NCBI GenBank assembly: GCA_043228905.1
Contig: JBHGNT010000001.1
Coordinates: 31,124,001-31,188,000 of the forward strand
Direction of reading: 5' to 3'
Source of the DNA: Azolla caroliniana
Taxonomy: Eukaryota > Plantae > Polypodiophyta
DNA length: 64,000 bases
In this document: positions 1 to 11,325 of the stretch, piece by piece
Position numbering within the stretch: position 1 is the first letter of the stretch
Layout: every line of letters begins with the position of its first letter
The notes under the pieces: generated by a model
Told to the model about the DNA's origin: nothing
The model's input: the letters and a program-made list of their open reading frames with translations, nothing else
The model's database searches: none
Made by a program: the position numbers and the translations under genes

Positions 1-1135
1 TTTTTTGAGTGCTAATTTGGTATTCAGTTACATTTTTGGTATCAAGCTTCCCTTTTTCTTAGATTTCATGAAAAGGGTTGTGGGTACATGTCAGTTAGAT
101 CTGTGATGGTTACGGAAATATATTGGAAATGAAGAGTCAGGTACTTCTTTGTCATCGTGTCTTCATGTGTTGGGTGTATAGATACTGATGAACTTCAGCC
201 ATGAGAAGAAATATCACACTTGGACGTTTAAGGTTTTCCATGGCAAATTTTTCTTGGGAGTCCATTGCAACTAGGAATGACATTGCATTTTGCGCATGAT
301 ATGTTGGGCATTATGGTTTCAAATGTGCCTTGGTGTTTTATAATGGTAATAAATCTGTTTAAAGACAGTAAATAAAACAGTTATCATAAGGTGAAGACAA
401 GCAATATTAACAACAGAGAATACTCCTTTTTTCAATGTTATATAAAAAAGAGGGCTCGTTCCGCAGCATCTAAATCAAACATGTCTTCCCAAATGACATC
501 AATTCTGGGTGAAGTTTCTATTTTGTTGACGATGTCTAGTATATTAGTGTCGATGATTCGGTTTTAGAAACAATGCCTGTAAACATTGATGTCGAGGCCT
601 CACACCTTCGGAGGGCATTCTACAATCTGAAAACACGCCATACCATCTAGGAGTGGCATTGGGTAGCCAATTATATCCATCAATTGTGGTGCAACATAGA
701 CAAGCACTCATGCCACTGCAATGTTAAGTCATTCACCCACTTTATGAATGGGCGATGATTCCATTATTTGAGAGTCATAGTAATTAACGATATTCCCACA
801 ATAACTTCAGTAACATAATCTAGAAAAACAAAAACTAAATCTGAATGGTTGCGTCAATAGTTTTGGCCATTAGAGAGTAAAAAATAATAGTTTTGGTCCA
901 ATCTTTCATCTTTGGGGACTGTTTGTAATCAAAGCCACCTTATATTGACATCCTATTGTGGGTATTATTCTAGGACCAGAAATGGCCTGACTTGAATGCA
1001 AATTTAGGACCAGAACTGGACAAATTAGTAGACAATGGTCGCAAGAATCTCTGCTTCTCTCAGAATTCTTCTCTCTAAGCTTCTGTCTATGACGCAGTCA
1101 ATTGAGTATTCTTCAAAGTTTCTGTTTGGGAAGCT

Positions 1136-4100
1136 ATGGCAGAGTCCTCCGCTTTAGATGGTATCATCAATATAATACAAAGATGCAGAGAAGGGAAGGA
1201 TTTGAAGCTTGCAAGAATTATATATGCATTCTTATGCGAGGATTCCTTGGAATCACATTATGTTCTAGGAAACTATCTCGTCTCGCTGCTGGTTGATTGT
1301 GGAAGCCTATCATCTGCTCGATACTCTTTTGACAGATTAGCTTATCAGAAAAACAGGTACGCGTGGAGCTCAATCATTTCTGGTTATATAGATTGTGGTG
1401 AGCCGCTTCTTGCCTTAGAATTATATGAGAAAATGACAGAAGAAAGAGTTCAAGCCAAGAATTTTACATATAGAGCTCTCTTAAAAGGTTGCATTGTTCT
1501 AAACGATGCTGATAAAGGCAGAGAAATACATGCTTCCCTTGTCAAAGAAGGGTTAGATCAAGACCCTTTCATTGGGAGTGTAGTTGTTGATGTATATGGA
1601 AAATGTGGATTCTTATTAGATGCTTTTTGTGTGTTTGAAAACTTTCCACTTCGAGATGTTGTTCTATGGACAAACCTCATCTCTAGCTATGCAGATCAAG
1701 GCTTTGTAGAGGGGGTTTTGGATTGTTTGGAAAGAATGCACCTATCTGGTCTCAATCCGGATTCTAGAACATTTGTATGTAGCTTGAAAGGTTGTAGTAT
1801 TACAAGAACCGTAGAAATAGGGCAAAAGATACATGGTGAAGTTGTGGTTAGAGGATTGGAGGGAGAGATATATGTGGGTCATACACTCATTGATATGTAT
1901 GCAAAGTGTGGGTCTCTACTAGAAGCAAAGATGTTGTTTGAACAGCTTCCAGTTCGCAGTGTAATTCCATGGACTTCATTAATCACAGGGTATGCTGATA
2001 ATGGGTTTATTGAAGAAGTATTATCTCTCTTGGAAGCAATGAAAGGAGATGGAATTGCTCCAGTTTCTATAACATTTTTGTGCATTTTTAGAGCTTGCAG
2101 TTATGAAAGAGGAGCTTTAGGAACAGGTCAAGAAATGCACTCGTTGGCTCTGAAAATGGGCTTAGAGATGGATGAGTCTGTAGGCACATCACTTATTGAC
2201 ATGTATTCGAAATGTGGGTCTTTTCTAGAAGCATGGGTGGTGCTTAGCCAACTCCCAAATCGAGGTTCAGCAGCATGGAATGCACTGATTTCAGGCTGTG
2301 CTGACCATGGTCTTGTGATAGAAGTTTTGAACTCTCTGAATCGAATGCAAGAGGATGGTGTCTCTCCAGTTGCAATTACATTTTCCTGCTGCTTGAAAGC
2401 TTGCAGTGCCAGAAGTCATCTACAAAGTGGTAGGAAAATGCATTCTGAAATTGTGAAACTTGGGTTGGAAAGAGATCTTGACATACATAATTCAATAATT
2501 GGCATGTATGTAAAATGTGACATGATTTTTGAGTCTCAAAGGTTGTTTGATCAGTTTTCAACTCAAGATGTAGTTGCATGGACTACACTTATTACAGGAT
2601 ATGCCGAAAAGGGGCTATATGATGAAGTTGTCAATAGGTTTGGGGAAATGCAGATAGGTTTGTTTAACCTAGATTTAGTCGCTCATATTTGCAGCCTAAA
2701 AGCTTGTGGTTTGGTGAGAGCAACTGATATAGGTAGACAAGTACACTCTCAACTAGTGAAAATGGGGTTAGAGGGGGAGCTTACCCTTGTTAGTGCATTG
2801 TTGGACATGTATATGAAATCTGGTTTTTTCAGGGAAGCATGGGCAGTCTTTAATAGGCTTCCTGCTCAAGGTGCAAGTACATGGCTTGCACTCATTGTTG
2901 GCTATGAGGATCACGGTTTCTCAGAGGAAACATTGAGCTGTTTCAAAAGAATGCAGCGTGATGGTTTTGCTCCTTGTTACACCACATATTCCAGTGGCTT
3001 GAGAGCTTGTGGTAGTATTAAGTCTTTACAAATGGGCCAAGAGATACATGGTGAAATCATCCAGAGGGGACTAGAAAGCGACTTTGGTGTGGGAAATGCC
3101 TTAGTGGGAATGTATACCAGGTGTGGCTTATTTGAAGAAGCTCATAAATTGTTCGACGAGCTTTCAAAAGATGAAGCCCTGTGGACCACACTGATTGTAG
3201 GATATGCAGAAAAAGGGCTTGCTGATGAAGCTGTCTGCAATCTAGAACAGATGAGAATAGGAGGTTTTTCTCCTAGTATTAAGGCATATATCTCTACTTT
3301 ACAAGCTTGTAGCGTAGGAAGTGTCTTCAGAGAAGGTCAGGAAATTCATATTGAACTAGTGAAAAGAGGTTTTGATGAAGATATTTACATCGAGACAATG
3401 TTAGTGGATATGTATGCCAAGTATGGGTCAGTTGAAGAAGCAAGGGATGTGCTGGAGAAACAACCAATCCGAACTGCAGTTTCATGGAATGCTCTGATTG
3501 CAGCATATGCAGATCATGGACTTGGTGAGGAAGCACTTGAATGTTTCAAAAATATGCAGCTTGAGGGGGTGCTGCCAGCTGCCATCACGTATGCTTGTAG
3601 CTTGGAATCTTGCGGAATTGTGCATGCACTAGAAATTGGGTGGCAAATACATGCAGAAACAACAAAAAGAGCACTAGAAACAGATTCCTTCATTGGCAGT
3701 GCTCTGGTAGGTATGTATGCTAAATGTGGTGCGCTTCTAGAAGCAACTGAAGTTTTTGATCAACTCCCATTTCGAGATGTTGCTACTTGGAATGCAATGA
3801 TAAAAGCAAATGGGGAAAATCATGCGGGCAACATGGCAATACAATGTTTTGAAGAAATGCAAAAGCAAGGTGTAAATCCAAATGGTATCACGTTTATTTG
3901 TCTTCTTGCTGCGTGCAGTCATGCCAGCCTAGTCTCGGAGGGCCGAAAATATTTTGAGCAAATGATAGAGCATGGGATCAAACCAACATGGGACCACTTT
4001 ACTTGCATGGTTGATCTTCTTGGGCGTTCAGGATATGTTTGTGAGGCAGAACAATTTGCAGAAGGGAGAAATTGTCTACAATGTGAAGAAATTCTTAGAA

Positions 4101-4324
4101 CTTTGCTTAGTGCTTCCAAAATCCATGGGGAAGTAAATGTTGGAGAAAGGTGCTTTCAACAGCTTCTCAGACTGAACAAAGACGATGCTAGTTCCTACTT
4201 ATTGATGGCAGATATTTACACTAGTGCAGGTAAATTTGGTGATGCAAACAATATTGAAGAGATGAGGATACATGCAGAAGTAAAATCAATAGGCAAGAAA
4301 TTGATCCAAAGAAGTCTGGCGTGA
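1136..4324 (+). CDS. PLS-class pentatricopeptide repeat protein (E subclass, organellar RNA-editing specificity factor type), intronless, 1062 aa
   Basis: About 9 repeating L-S-P triplets (IHxxxVK / LIDMYAKCGS / WxxLIxGYA), then P2-L2-S2 (LLAACSHASLV; HFTCMVDLLGRSG) and E1/E2 (LLSASKIHG; SSYLLMADIY). No HxE/CxxC DYW domain. Confidence 0.95.
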   Translation: MAESSALDGIINIIQRCREGKDLKLARIIYAFLCEDSLESHYVLGNYLVSLLVDCGSLSSARYSFDRLAYQKNRYAWSSIISGYIDCGEPLLALELYEKMTEERVQAKNFTYRALLKGCIVLNDADKGREIHASLVKEGLDQDPFIGSVVVDVYGKCGFLLDAFCVFENFPLRDVVLWTNLISSYADQGFVEGVLDCLERMHLSGLNPDSRTFVCSLKGCSITRTVEIGQKIHGEVVVRGLEGEIYVGHTLIDMYAKCGSLLEAKMLFEQLPVRSVIPWTSLITGYADNGFIEEVLSLLEAMKGDGIAPVSITFLCIFRACSYERGALGTGQEMHSLALKMGLEMDESVGTSLIDMYSKCGSFLEAWVVLSQLPNRGSAAWNALISGCADHGLVIEVLNSLNRMQEDGVSPVAITFSCCLKACSARSHLQSGRKMHSEIVKLGLERDLDIHNSIIGMYVKCDMIFESQRLFDQFSTQDVVAWTTLITGYAEKGLYDEVVNRFGEMQIGLFNLDLVAHICSLKACGLVRATDIGRQVHSQLVKMGLEGELTLVSALLDMYMKSGFFREAWAVFNRLPAQGASTWLALIVGYEDHGFSEETLSCFKRMQRDGFAPCYTTYSSGLRACGSIKSLQMGQEIHGEIIQRGLESDFGVGNALVGMYTRCGLFEEAHKLFDELSKDEALWTTLIVGYAEKGLADEAVCNLEQMRIGGFSPSIKAYISTLQACSVGSVFREGQEIHIELVKRGFDEDIYIETMLVDMYAKYGSVEEARDVLEKQPIRTAVSWNALIAAYADHGLGEEALECFKNMQLEGVLPAAITYACSLESCGIVHALEIGWQIHAETTKRALETDSFIGSALVGMYAKCGALLEATEVFDQLPFRDVATWNAMIKANGENHAGNMAIQCFEEMQKQGVNPNGITFICLLAACSHASLVSEGRKYFEQMIEHGIKPTWDHFTCMVDLLGRSGYVCEAEQFAEGRNCLQCEEILRTLLSASKIHGEVNVGERCFQQLLRLNKDDASSYLLMADIYTSAGKFGDANNIEEMRIHAEVKSIGKKLIQRSLA

Positions 4325-7002
4325 CAAGAAATAATCCAAATGGCTGCCAAGGCATCAATTGAAGTGAAAAGAAATGTTCAAGGTTAGTTGTGCAAGGATG
4401 TAAGGATGTACATTTTAATACTGGATATCTTGAATTCACATATGAAGGATCAAGGACGTGTGCCTAATGCAGATGTTTTTTTTGAGGCATACACAACATA
4501 CACTGGGTAGGAGAGCTGCATAGAGCACAATGCTCTTTATCAATCCATCGGTATTGGTGAAAGATGATTGAAATGCAGGTCATTGTTCGCCTTCACATCT
4601 AAAAGTAATGAGACAAAAGATTCACATACATATATTTACATACAATGTGAAACAAAGGTCCCGAACATGGAACGCTCTGCTGCGTCAGCAGGTCAGTAAA
4701 AAGAGCCAAATCTCTTCATTGACCTCGGTCTCTTCAAATCCTTACCATGCATCAACAGGCAATGAAGTGATTATCTCTCACTACTTTGCTGAGGTAATCG
4801 GCACCACAAAGCTGTCTAGTTTTTAAATTTATATCAACGGGAGGATGTAAACATTTTCTGGCAAACTCTTGACATCTAATGTCTTGGGAGAAACAAATTA
4901 AAGCTAGCCTCTTCAAGTTGTAATGGTTGAAGCTTTTTATGCAATATCTCTCTGTAAAGCCATGATACCAAGGCTCTGGTAAGCATTGACAAGAAGATCC
5001 AATCAATGCTCAAACTGGTATCAAGTCTCATATGGTAGTATAATTAGTTAATGCTTTTGAGATGTCTATGAAAGGAATTACCCAGCACTAACTGAACCAT
5101 ATCAATATGTTTTAGGTTGGATTTAAGGAAAACGTCGATGCAGGAAACTTCCAATCTAAAAATTCCCTAGAGAATGATGATAGCAAAGAGAGGTCTTCAA
5201 ATTTCACTTCCACACAAAATTAAGAGGTAAGTGTTGTCTTTCACGATATTATGTTATCTGCTCTTTCAGATTTAAGTAGTATCTTTTGTTAATTTTCTTT
5301 TTTAGGAACCTGAGCGGTGGATCTTTAACAGAACTAGCAATTCACACAGTCAGCATACCACAACTTCAGGTCTTCTATAAGCAAGGTGTAATCCATGTTC
5401 AAACGTTCTCAAGACTTTAGCCAAGTACAAGGTATAGCTATGAAAGAGTTGAAACGCATTTCCACTGGATCTGTTTTAAGAGATTGACACACCTCACCCC
5501 TCTGCATACATTTCTCCTCGCAAGTTGTTCTTCTGTGTGCCATCATCTCACCATACATTTTGTGTAAACTTCCTACATAAACAATCCCACTGAAATATTA
5601 TACGTGCAAATACTAATTATAATTATGAACTACTCTCAACTAAATGTTATATTATATATCAACCTCTGATAAGCCACCACCCATCTTTTGCTTGACCTCC
5701 CACCTCAAAATATCCATAGAGATAATAATCCACATGATGCCAACTATAATTACAATCAACTAAACATTAATTTCCATTATCTAATTAGTTTCAAATTCTT
5801 TTGGACCTTTTTTTTCTACATTTGCATTACTGGTTTGATTGCACGATCAAGATCTGAGATACATTCCAGCAAGAATCGAAGACCTTTTTGGGAGATGACA
5901 CAGGTGAATTCAAATTTGTCAGGTGGGTTTTGTGCCAATTATATTAAAAAGAACCATAGCCACGTTATTTATTTCACCCAATATTGGGCATCTATGCCAT
6001 GAGTAATGCCTGATAGTGATAATGGAATCTGCAAATATACTTGATAGGATTAATGCTGATGCTATTTCAGCAAAACTCTTGGATATCCAGATAAAACAAA
6101 AGTAATGAAATTTTTTTACTTGCAAACATGTCGTTTTCCTGAAATCCACCAATGAACATCAATCTTCATGTGGTGACCACATATGGCACATCCCCTTATA
6201 ACCACTACAGTTGGGGAAGACTCGTTACAAGTTGGGGGGAGAAAGGCCTCAGGCCATAAAAGTTTACTTTGTAATGCAGAATCAGCATAGCCTGGCTAAT
6301 AAATTTTAATTATTATCCAATAAATTCCCGTATTCATTTTTTCCATATATGATTCACCCTGAATGCAATGAAATATAGATTCAATGACATCCCTTGTTTC
6401 AAGATTGTATCAAATGGATAATTAACAAACTATTAATACACTCGTTTATGAATGCAGAATCTATTAAAACACACTAAGACTTTGATTTCAACGAAGACAC
6501 AGAACTACAATAGCGTTCCTATCAAAGTTGGCCAACCACCCAGTACAAAGCTACCACAGCATCTCATTGAGATTGAACAAAGTATGATGTTAACATAACA
6601 ATGTTAGTCGAATTATTTCTCAGCATTATAGCATCTTCAGGTGATACTTTTTGTTTTATTCATGTGGCAAAAGAGGACACCACCAGTAGACAAACACGCA
6701 CACAAACAACCTTGCATGTAGACCATCAAATAATGTTAAGACAAGACTAGACATGTGCAAAAATTATGCATATCAAAACTAGATTTATTTTGAAAATGCA
6801 ACTTAGAAATGAACGGCAATTACATACCAATGCATCACAAAATATGATAGATAACAGGTCAAGGTATAAACTCAAAATCATATAAAATAAACATAAGAAT
6901 TGGTCTCATTGAAACTATTCTGAAGAGTTGAATACATATCACCATAAGAGATGCAAAGATTCAAAATTTGCAATCTAACCCTAAAATACGTATGCCATGG
7001 AT

Positions 7003-8993
7003 TTAGATTATTCCAATCTTGTTTGCTACATCGAGTGCATCATAATCTGTGGTCAACCTCACATATGCCTTCTTCAGCCCTTTCGGCCTGGAAACAGGAA
7101 ATGACAATGTCTCAGTATTCAAACAATTTAACCCCTCAAAAAAACACTGCAACAAGTGACGATGACAATTTAACCTCACAAAAAAACACTGCAACAAGTC
7201 AAATATAACAATAACACATTTAAATGATAAATACAGACTAACAATATCACACAAATATTAGCTATAAACACCATCAGTCCTAGAGAGGGAAAAAGGACAA
7301 ACACACTCACGTGATCAATGTGTTGACCTTCTTTGACTGAATATCATACATCTTCTTCACAGCGTCCTTGATCTTCTTCTTATCAGCCCGAAGATCCACA
7401 ATGAAAACCAGGGTGTTGTTATCCTCGATCTTCTTCATTGCCGACTCAGTTGTTAGGGGATACTTCAGTACTTCATAGTGATCAAGTTTGTTCCTGGGAG
7501 GCGCACTGATCCTAGGATACTTGGGGGTACGAGCTCTCTTCAAAGTTTTAGGCCTATGAAATGTCACTGAAGTTCTTACCTTCCGTGTTTTCTTTTTAAG
7601 GTGGGAGTTGGCTTTGAGGGCCTTTGCTGCCTTCACAGCTTGACTCTTGGAATCTGTTTTGGCAACTGCAGCTGGATAATCAAGTTGACAAGCAAACCTT
7701 TAGTTGACTGTACTTGAACAATTTTCAGAGAAGCATATCATAACAACGACCAGTTTACAAAGCACAGATAATAAAATGGACACAAAAGCATGGGAATATA
7801 GAATATTATTAGAGAACATTTGGATCCAACAAAAACGACTCGGAAATTGTGCATCAGAGCTGTACAAATGGAGACATCAGGCAAATTAATAAATAAAGGA
7901 TTTCTAGATAATGAAAATATGTATATATTCGAAACCGATGTAAAAGCCAACAAATGCGAAAATGAATGGTAGAGGGCAACACAGACAAAACATTGAAGAA
8001 ACATAAGGTCATAAATGAGTTTCTCATTTCTGAAATGAAAACAATCAAAATTCATCATTCTCTCTATAATACAAAGGACAGATTTCGAGCCGTGAAAAAA
8101 CAGCCTTTTAAGCACTGTCTATATAACGCAGTAATTTAATCAATTACACTGCGCAAGTACAGGTAGCTTATGCAGGATATACAGTATAGATTAAAGATTT
8201 GAAGAATGAAAACTTCAGACGATAGAGCGTTCAAATCATACTGAAAATAACAATGACTCTAACCGATGAACAAATGTGGGTGAAGTTTCAAGAAAAAAGC
8301 CTAATTGACCGAAAGGAGACACTAGGTTGATAATCATAGATTTCGAATCTAAATTTTGAAGTGTCAAACATCGAACAATGACACAAAAGCCCTTCGAGAC
8401 CAATCCCAATGTTCAGGCACATTAACTTAAATTATTACCATGTATTGAGTAAATAGAAATCTTGGTTCGCGAATGAAGTCATAAACGTGGAACCAGACAC
8501 TAGTTTAGAGCAGAGGCATAGAAACAGTTGTTTGTCAACATTGTGATTATCTTTTCTCGCGACACTTTTCAAGAAAACGAAAAATAACTTAGGTGAAAGC
8601 TTTAGTCACTATTCACACATCTGAACATTAGATTAAAATAACACAGCAAGTAAACAGACAACAATTACTCATAGAGCATAAAACTAGGTTCTCGGATCAC
8701 AGGCGAAAGACAAAGCACAAAACGCAGAATCACGGACTGACACAGAGTTGATGGAGCAAAATAGTTGTTTTATTGCAAAAAATAGGATTTATTATCAGAA
8801 TCAACAAAATAGATGCCTCGAAGAAAGAAAATTCCAAGTTTAGTTCAAATCAGTCAGACAAAAACAACAACAAAATGGCACACGGAGGGAGAAGTACGTA
8901 GCAGGAGGCAAGATCCCAAACCTTTAAAACAAATGCCAGGAACTCACCTTGGCATGGAGGCTACAAGAAGATTCGTGCGCGAGTGTGTGTATG

Positions 8994-9082
<89 letters not shown>

Positions 9083-9099
9083 CCTTTGGGAGGAGCCAT
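7003..9099 (-). CDS. RPL23A: 60S ribosomal protein L23a (uL23); exons 9084-9099, 7311-7671, 7003-7087
   Basis: Spliced product [25 protein letters not shown]...[12 protein letters not shown]...[23 protein letters not shown]...[27 protein letters not shown] introns with compatible phases. Confidence 0.95.
7123..7199. repeat. Two ~35-bp direct repeats (period 42) in RPL23A intron 2
   Basis: acaatttaacccctcaaaaaaacactgcaacaagt followed by acaatttaacctcacaaaaaaacactgcaacaagt. Confidence 0.85.
8996..9075. repeat. Compound (GT)n(GA)n microsatellite at the 5' end of RPL23A intron 1
   Basis: Seen directly. Confidence 0.95.
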
Positions 9100-9192
9100 G
9101 GCCGCGCAACAGCAGGAAAGGCGAGAAGGAGAGAAAGGAGCAGGAAGACGATGCACTGGGATATGAAGGAAGAGGATGTAGAAGGAATGAAT

Positions 9193-9200
9193 TAGGGTTT
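9193..9200 (-). promoter_or_regulatory. Telo-box (AAACCCTA) upstream of the RPL23A start codon
   Basis: tagggttt on + reads AAACCCTA on -, about 95 nt upstream of the ATG. Telo-boxes are characteristic of plant ribosomal-protein gene promoters/leaders. Confidence 0.6.
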
Positions 9201-10443
9201 TTGTTCTGTAAAAGGGGGAGGAAGGTATGTCCTCCAATGGAGGGCGTGTTCACACACGCACGTTATCTATGTCCAAGTAATATTGCCCTCGCTTCCGTTC
9301 ACATGTTATTATAACGTATTTCCACACTGTACCCCTCCCAAGCTATATTAAAATCCCTCGAGTGCCCCTAATGTGTGTGTAGTAGCTAGCTATTGATGGA
9401 GCTCAAATCAAACACCCTTCTATACCTTCGAGTTCTATTGTCTAATTTTTTATGTCAGATGCTCCAAAAGTTTGTCTTTGGCTCATATATATGAACATCT
9501 CCCAAGAATTTCCATAGATGAAACTAATTGGTAATCGTCTCCTATCTCTAGGACTGCCCAGGTTCCTCTATCTCGTAACAACCTCAAGCTCATCCACATT
9601 ATCTATTTTGATAGAAAAACGGGTAGTTTCAGTCAGTCAGGAAACGTACGTCCATGTGTTAGATACAACTTTTTTTTATTATGATCCAAGAGAATTTGAT
9701 GTGGAAAGGATTTTAAAATGGACAATCCCCTTGGACTTGATGATTCACGTAAATTTGGAATGCTCAATCATTGTTGATGATTATAAATAGGCTACACTTG
9801 GACACCCTCAATAGCACAAATATGCCCTTTTAATGGAATTTGTTTGTTCGATCTCATGTTACCACATAATAAGCTAATCAACATACAACTTACCTATAAC
9901 TACCTCTTCATCTGGCAACGTGGTTGATGCATGCTGAGTGAAGTACATTCCCCTACTTATTACCCCCTAAAATCACTTCATCCTAGATGGCTTTGTCAGC
10001 TATTGGTTTGTGCATGTTCAACGTGTTTAAGATATTGAATGGGCTAAGCCATGCAAATTCCATGGGAAGAGAAAGTCAACGAGGAAGTAATACACATTAA
10101 GAGATTCGTGTGTTAAAGTTGTTGAGCAAGTGTTCGAGATATCAAGATATCGCCCATGCTTCATATTCAGTGTAAGGCCACATCAAAGCTTATTTAAGTC
10201 CCTAATTTGCACATGGAACGAGCTGTAATTTATGATGATTGATGGTATATAGAGGAACTCAAGTATGAACTTGCAAGTTGAATGAAGACCACAATACCTA
10301 TACACTTCCGACCTATCAAAGCTAAGTTGAACTTGAGTCCATCAAGAATCAAAATTTCTACCTCAGTTGTTAATAGTTATACGTCTCATCTAGCATCCAT
10401 CGTACTCTCCAAAACTCATAAAATGCTAATATCAAGGATGGTT

Positions 10444-10447
<4 letters not shown>

Positions 10448-10488
<41 letters not shown>
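10448..10488. repeat. (CT)n microsatellite
   Basis: Seen directly. Confidence 0.9.
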
Positions 10489-10491
<3 letters not shown>

Positions 10492-11325
10492 GTGAAAACA
10501 CACAATTATATTAATAAATGTGTGTGAAAAACACTACTTACAATACGTGTGATAGTGGAGTATGGTCACACACTAACCACACTACACTACATGGGTAGTG
10601 GAACATGTTGAATTGCCAATAGGCAAGACAAACACTCAACCAAGGAAAGAATTTCCACTTGTTCCAATAAAGAAAATTGCCACATTAGTACTCCCTTCAA
10701 CTTTCGTAGATATGTTTTCACTCCATGTCTACCATCGAATACAAAAGCGTTGCGCATGTTCCAATTATGACGCAATCCCCAATATCTCAAAAATAGGAAA
10801 ACAATCTCCATCTCTGATTTTGGGTCAGCCTGTGTAAATTGTGCAAACACCCATTGTCTAGGTGTCAAATAACTCCGTGATAAAACTTGCCAAATTTGAG
10901 AAATGTAACTCCAATTTTGACAAGCAATTGGACATTGTATAAATTCTCTCTCTCTCTCTCGTGATATCACATGGACAAAGCTCCATTGTAATTATCCTCA
11001 TTTAACTTCATAATGATACCTTTTGTAGGTGACTCTGCATACCACAGTAAACTGAAATTGATTATCACAATGCATGAACTTCCCCATGAAGCATAAATAT
11101 ATTAGTCTTGTTAATATAGTTATTACATCTATACATTCAGATGAGAAACTATCTGGATTCGATCATTCCATTTTTACAGATATTAATTACACTTCAATAT
11201 TCACGAATGTCATGCCACTTTCAGCCAAGTAGATTTTACATCCAACGACGATGATTCACAGATGTTAATGTGCCATCTTCTCACATCATGAGCCACTGAC
11301 GGTGTGAAGTGTAGTGAACATTGCA

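Noticed and set aside
4322-4387. TGA/TAG in the PPR1 tail repaired by U-to-C RNA editing
   Set aside because: Reverse editing is documented for organellar, not nuclear, transcripts, and the tail also carries an insertion and further decay.
7003-9099. Horizontal transfer of uL23 from archaea
   Set aside because: The eukaryote-specific N-terminal extension, plant-type sequence, spliceosomal introns and telo-box all indicate a native plant gene.
8813-9314. Several 97-121-aa ORFs (CVCV/ERER/SLSL/HTHT)
   Set aside because: Stop-free only because of the dinucleotide microsatellites.
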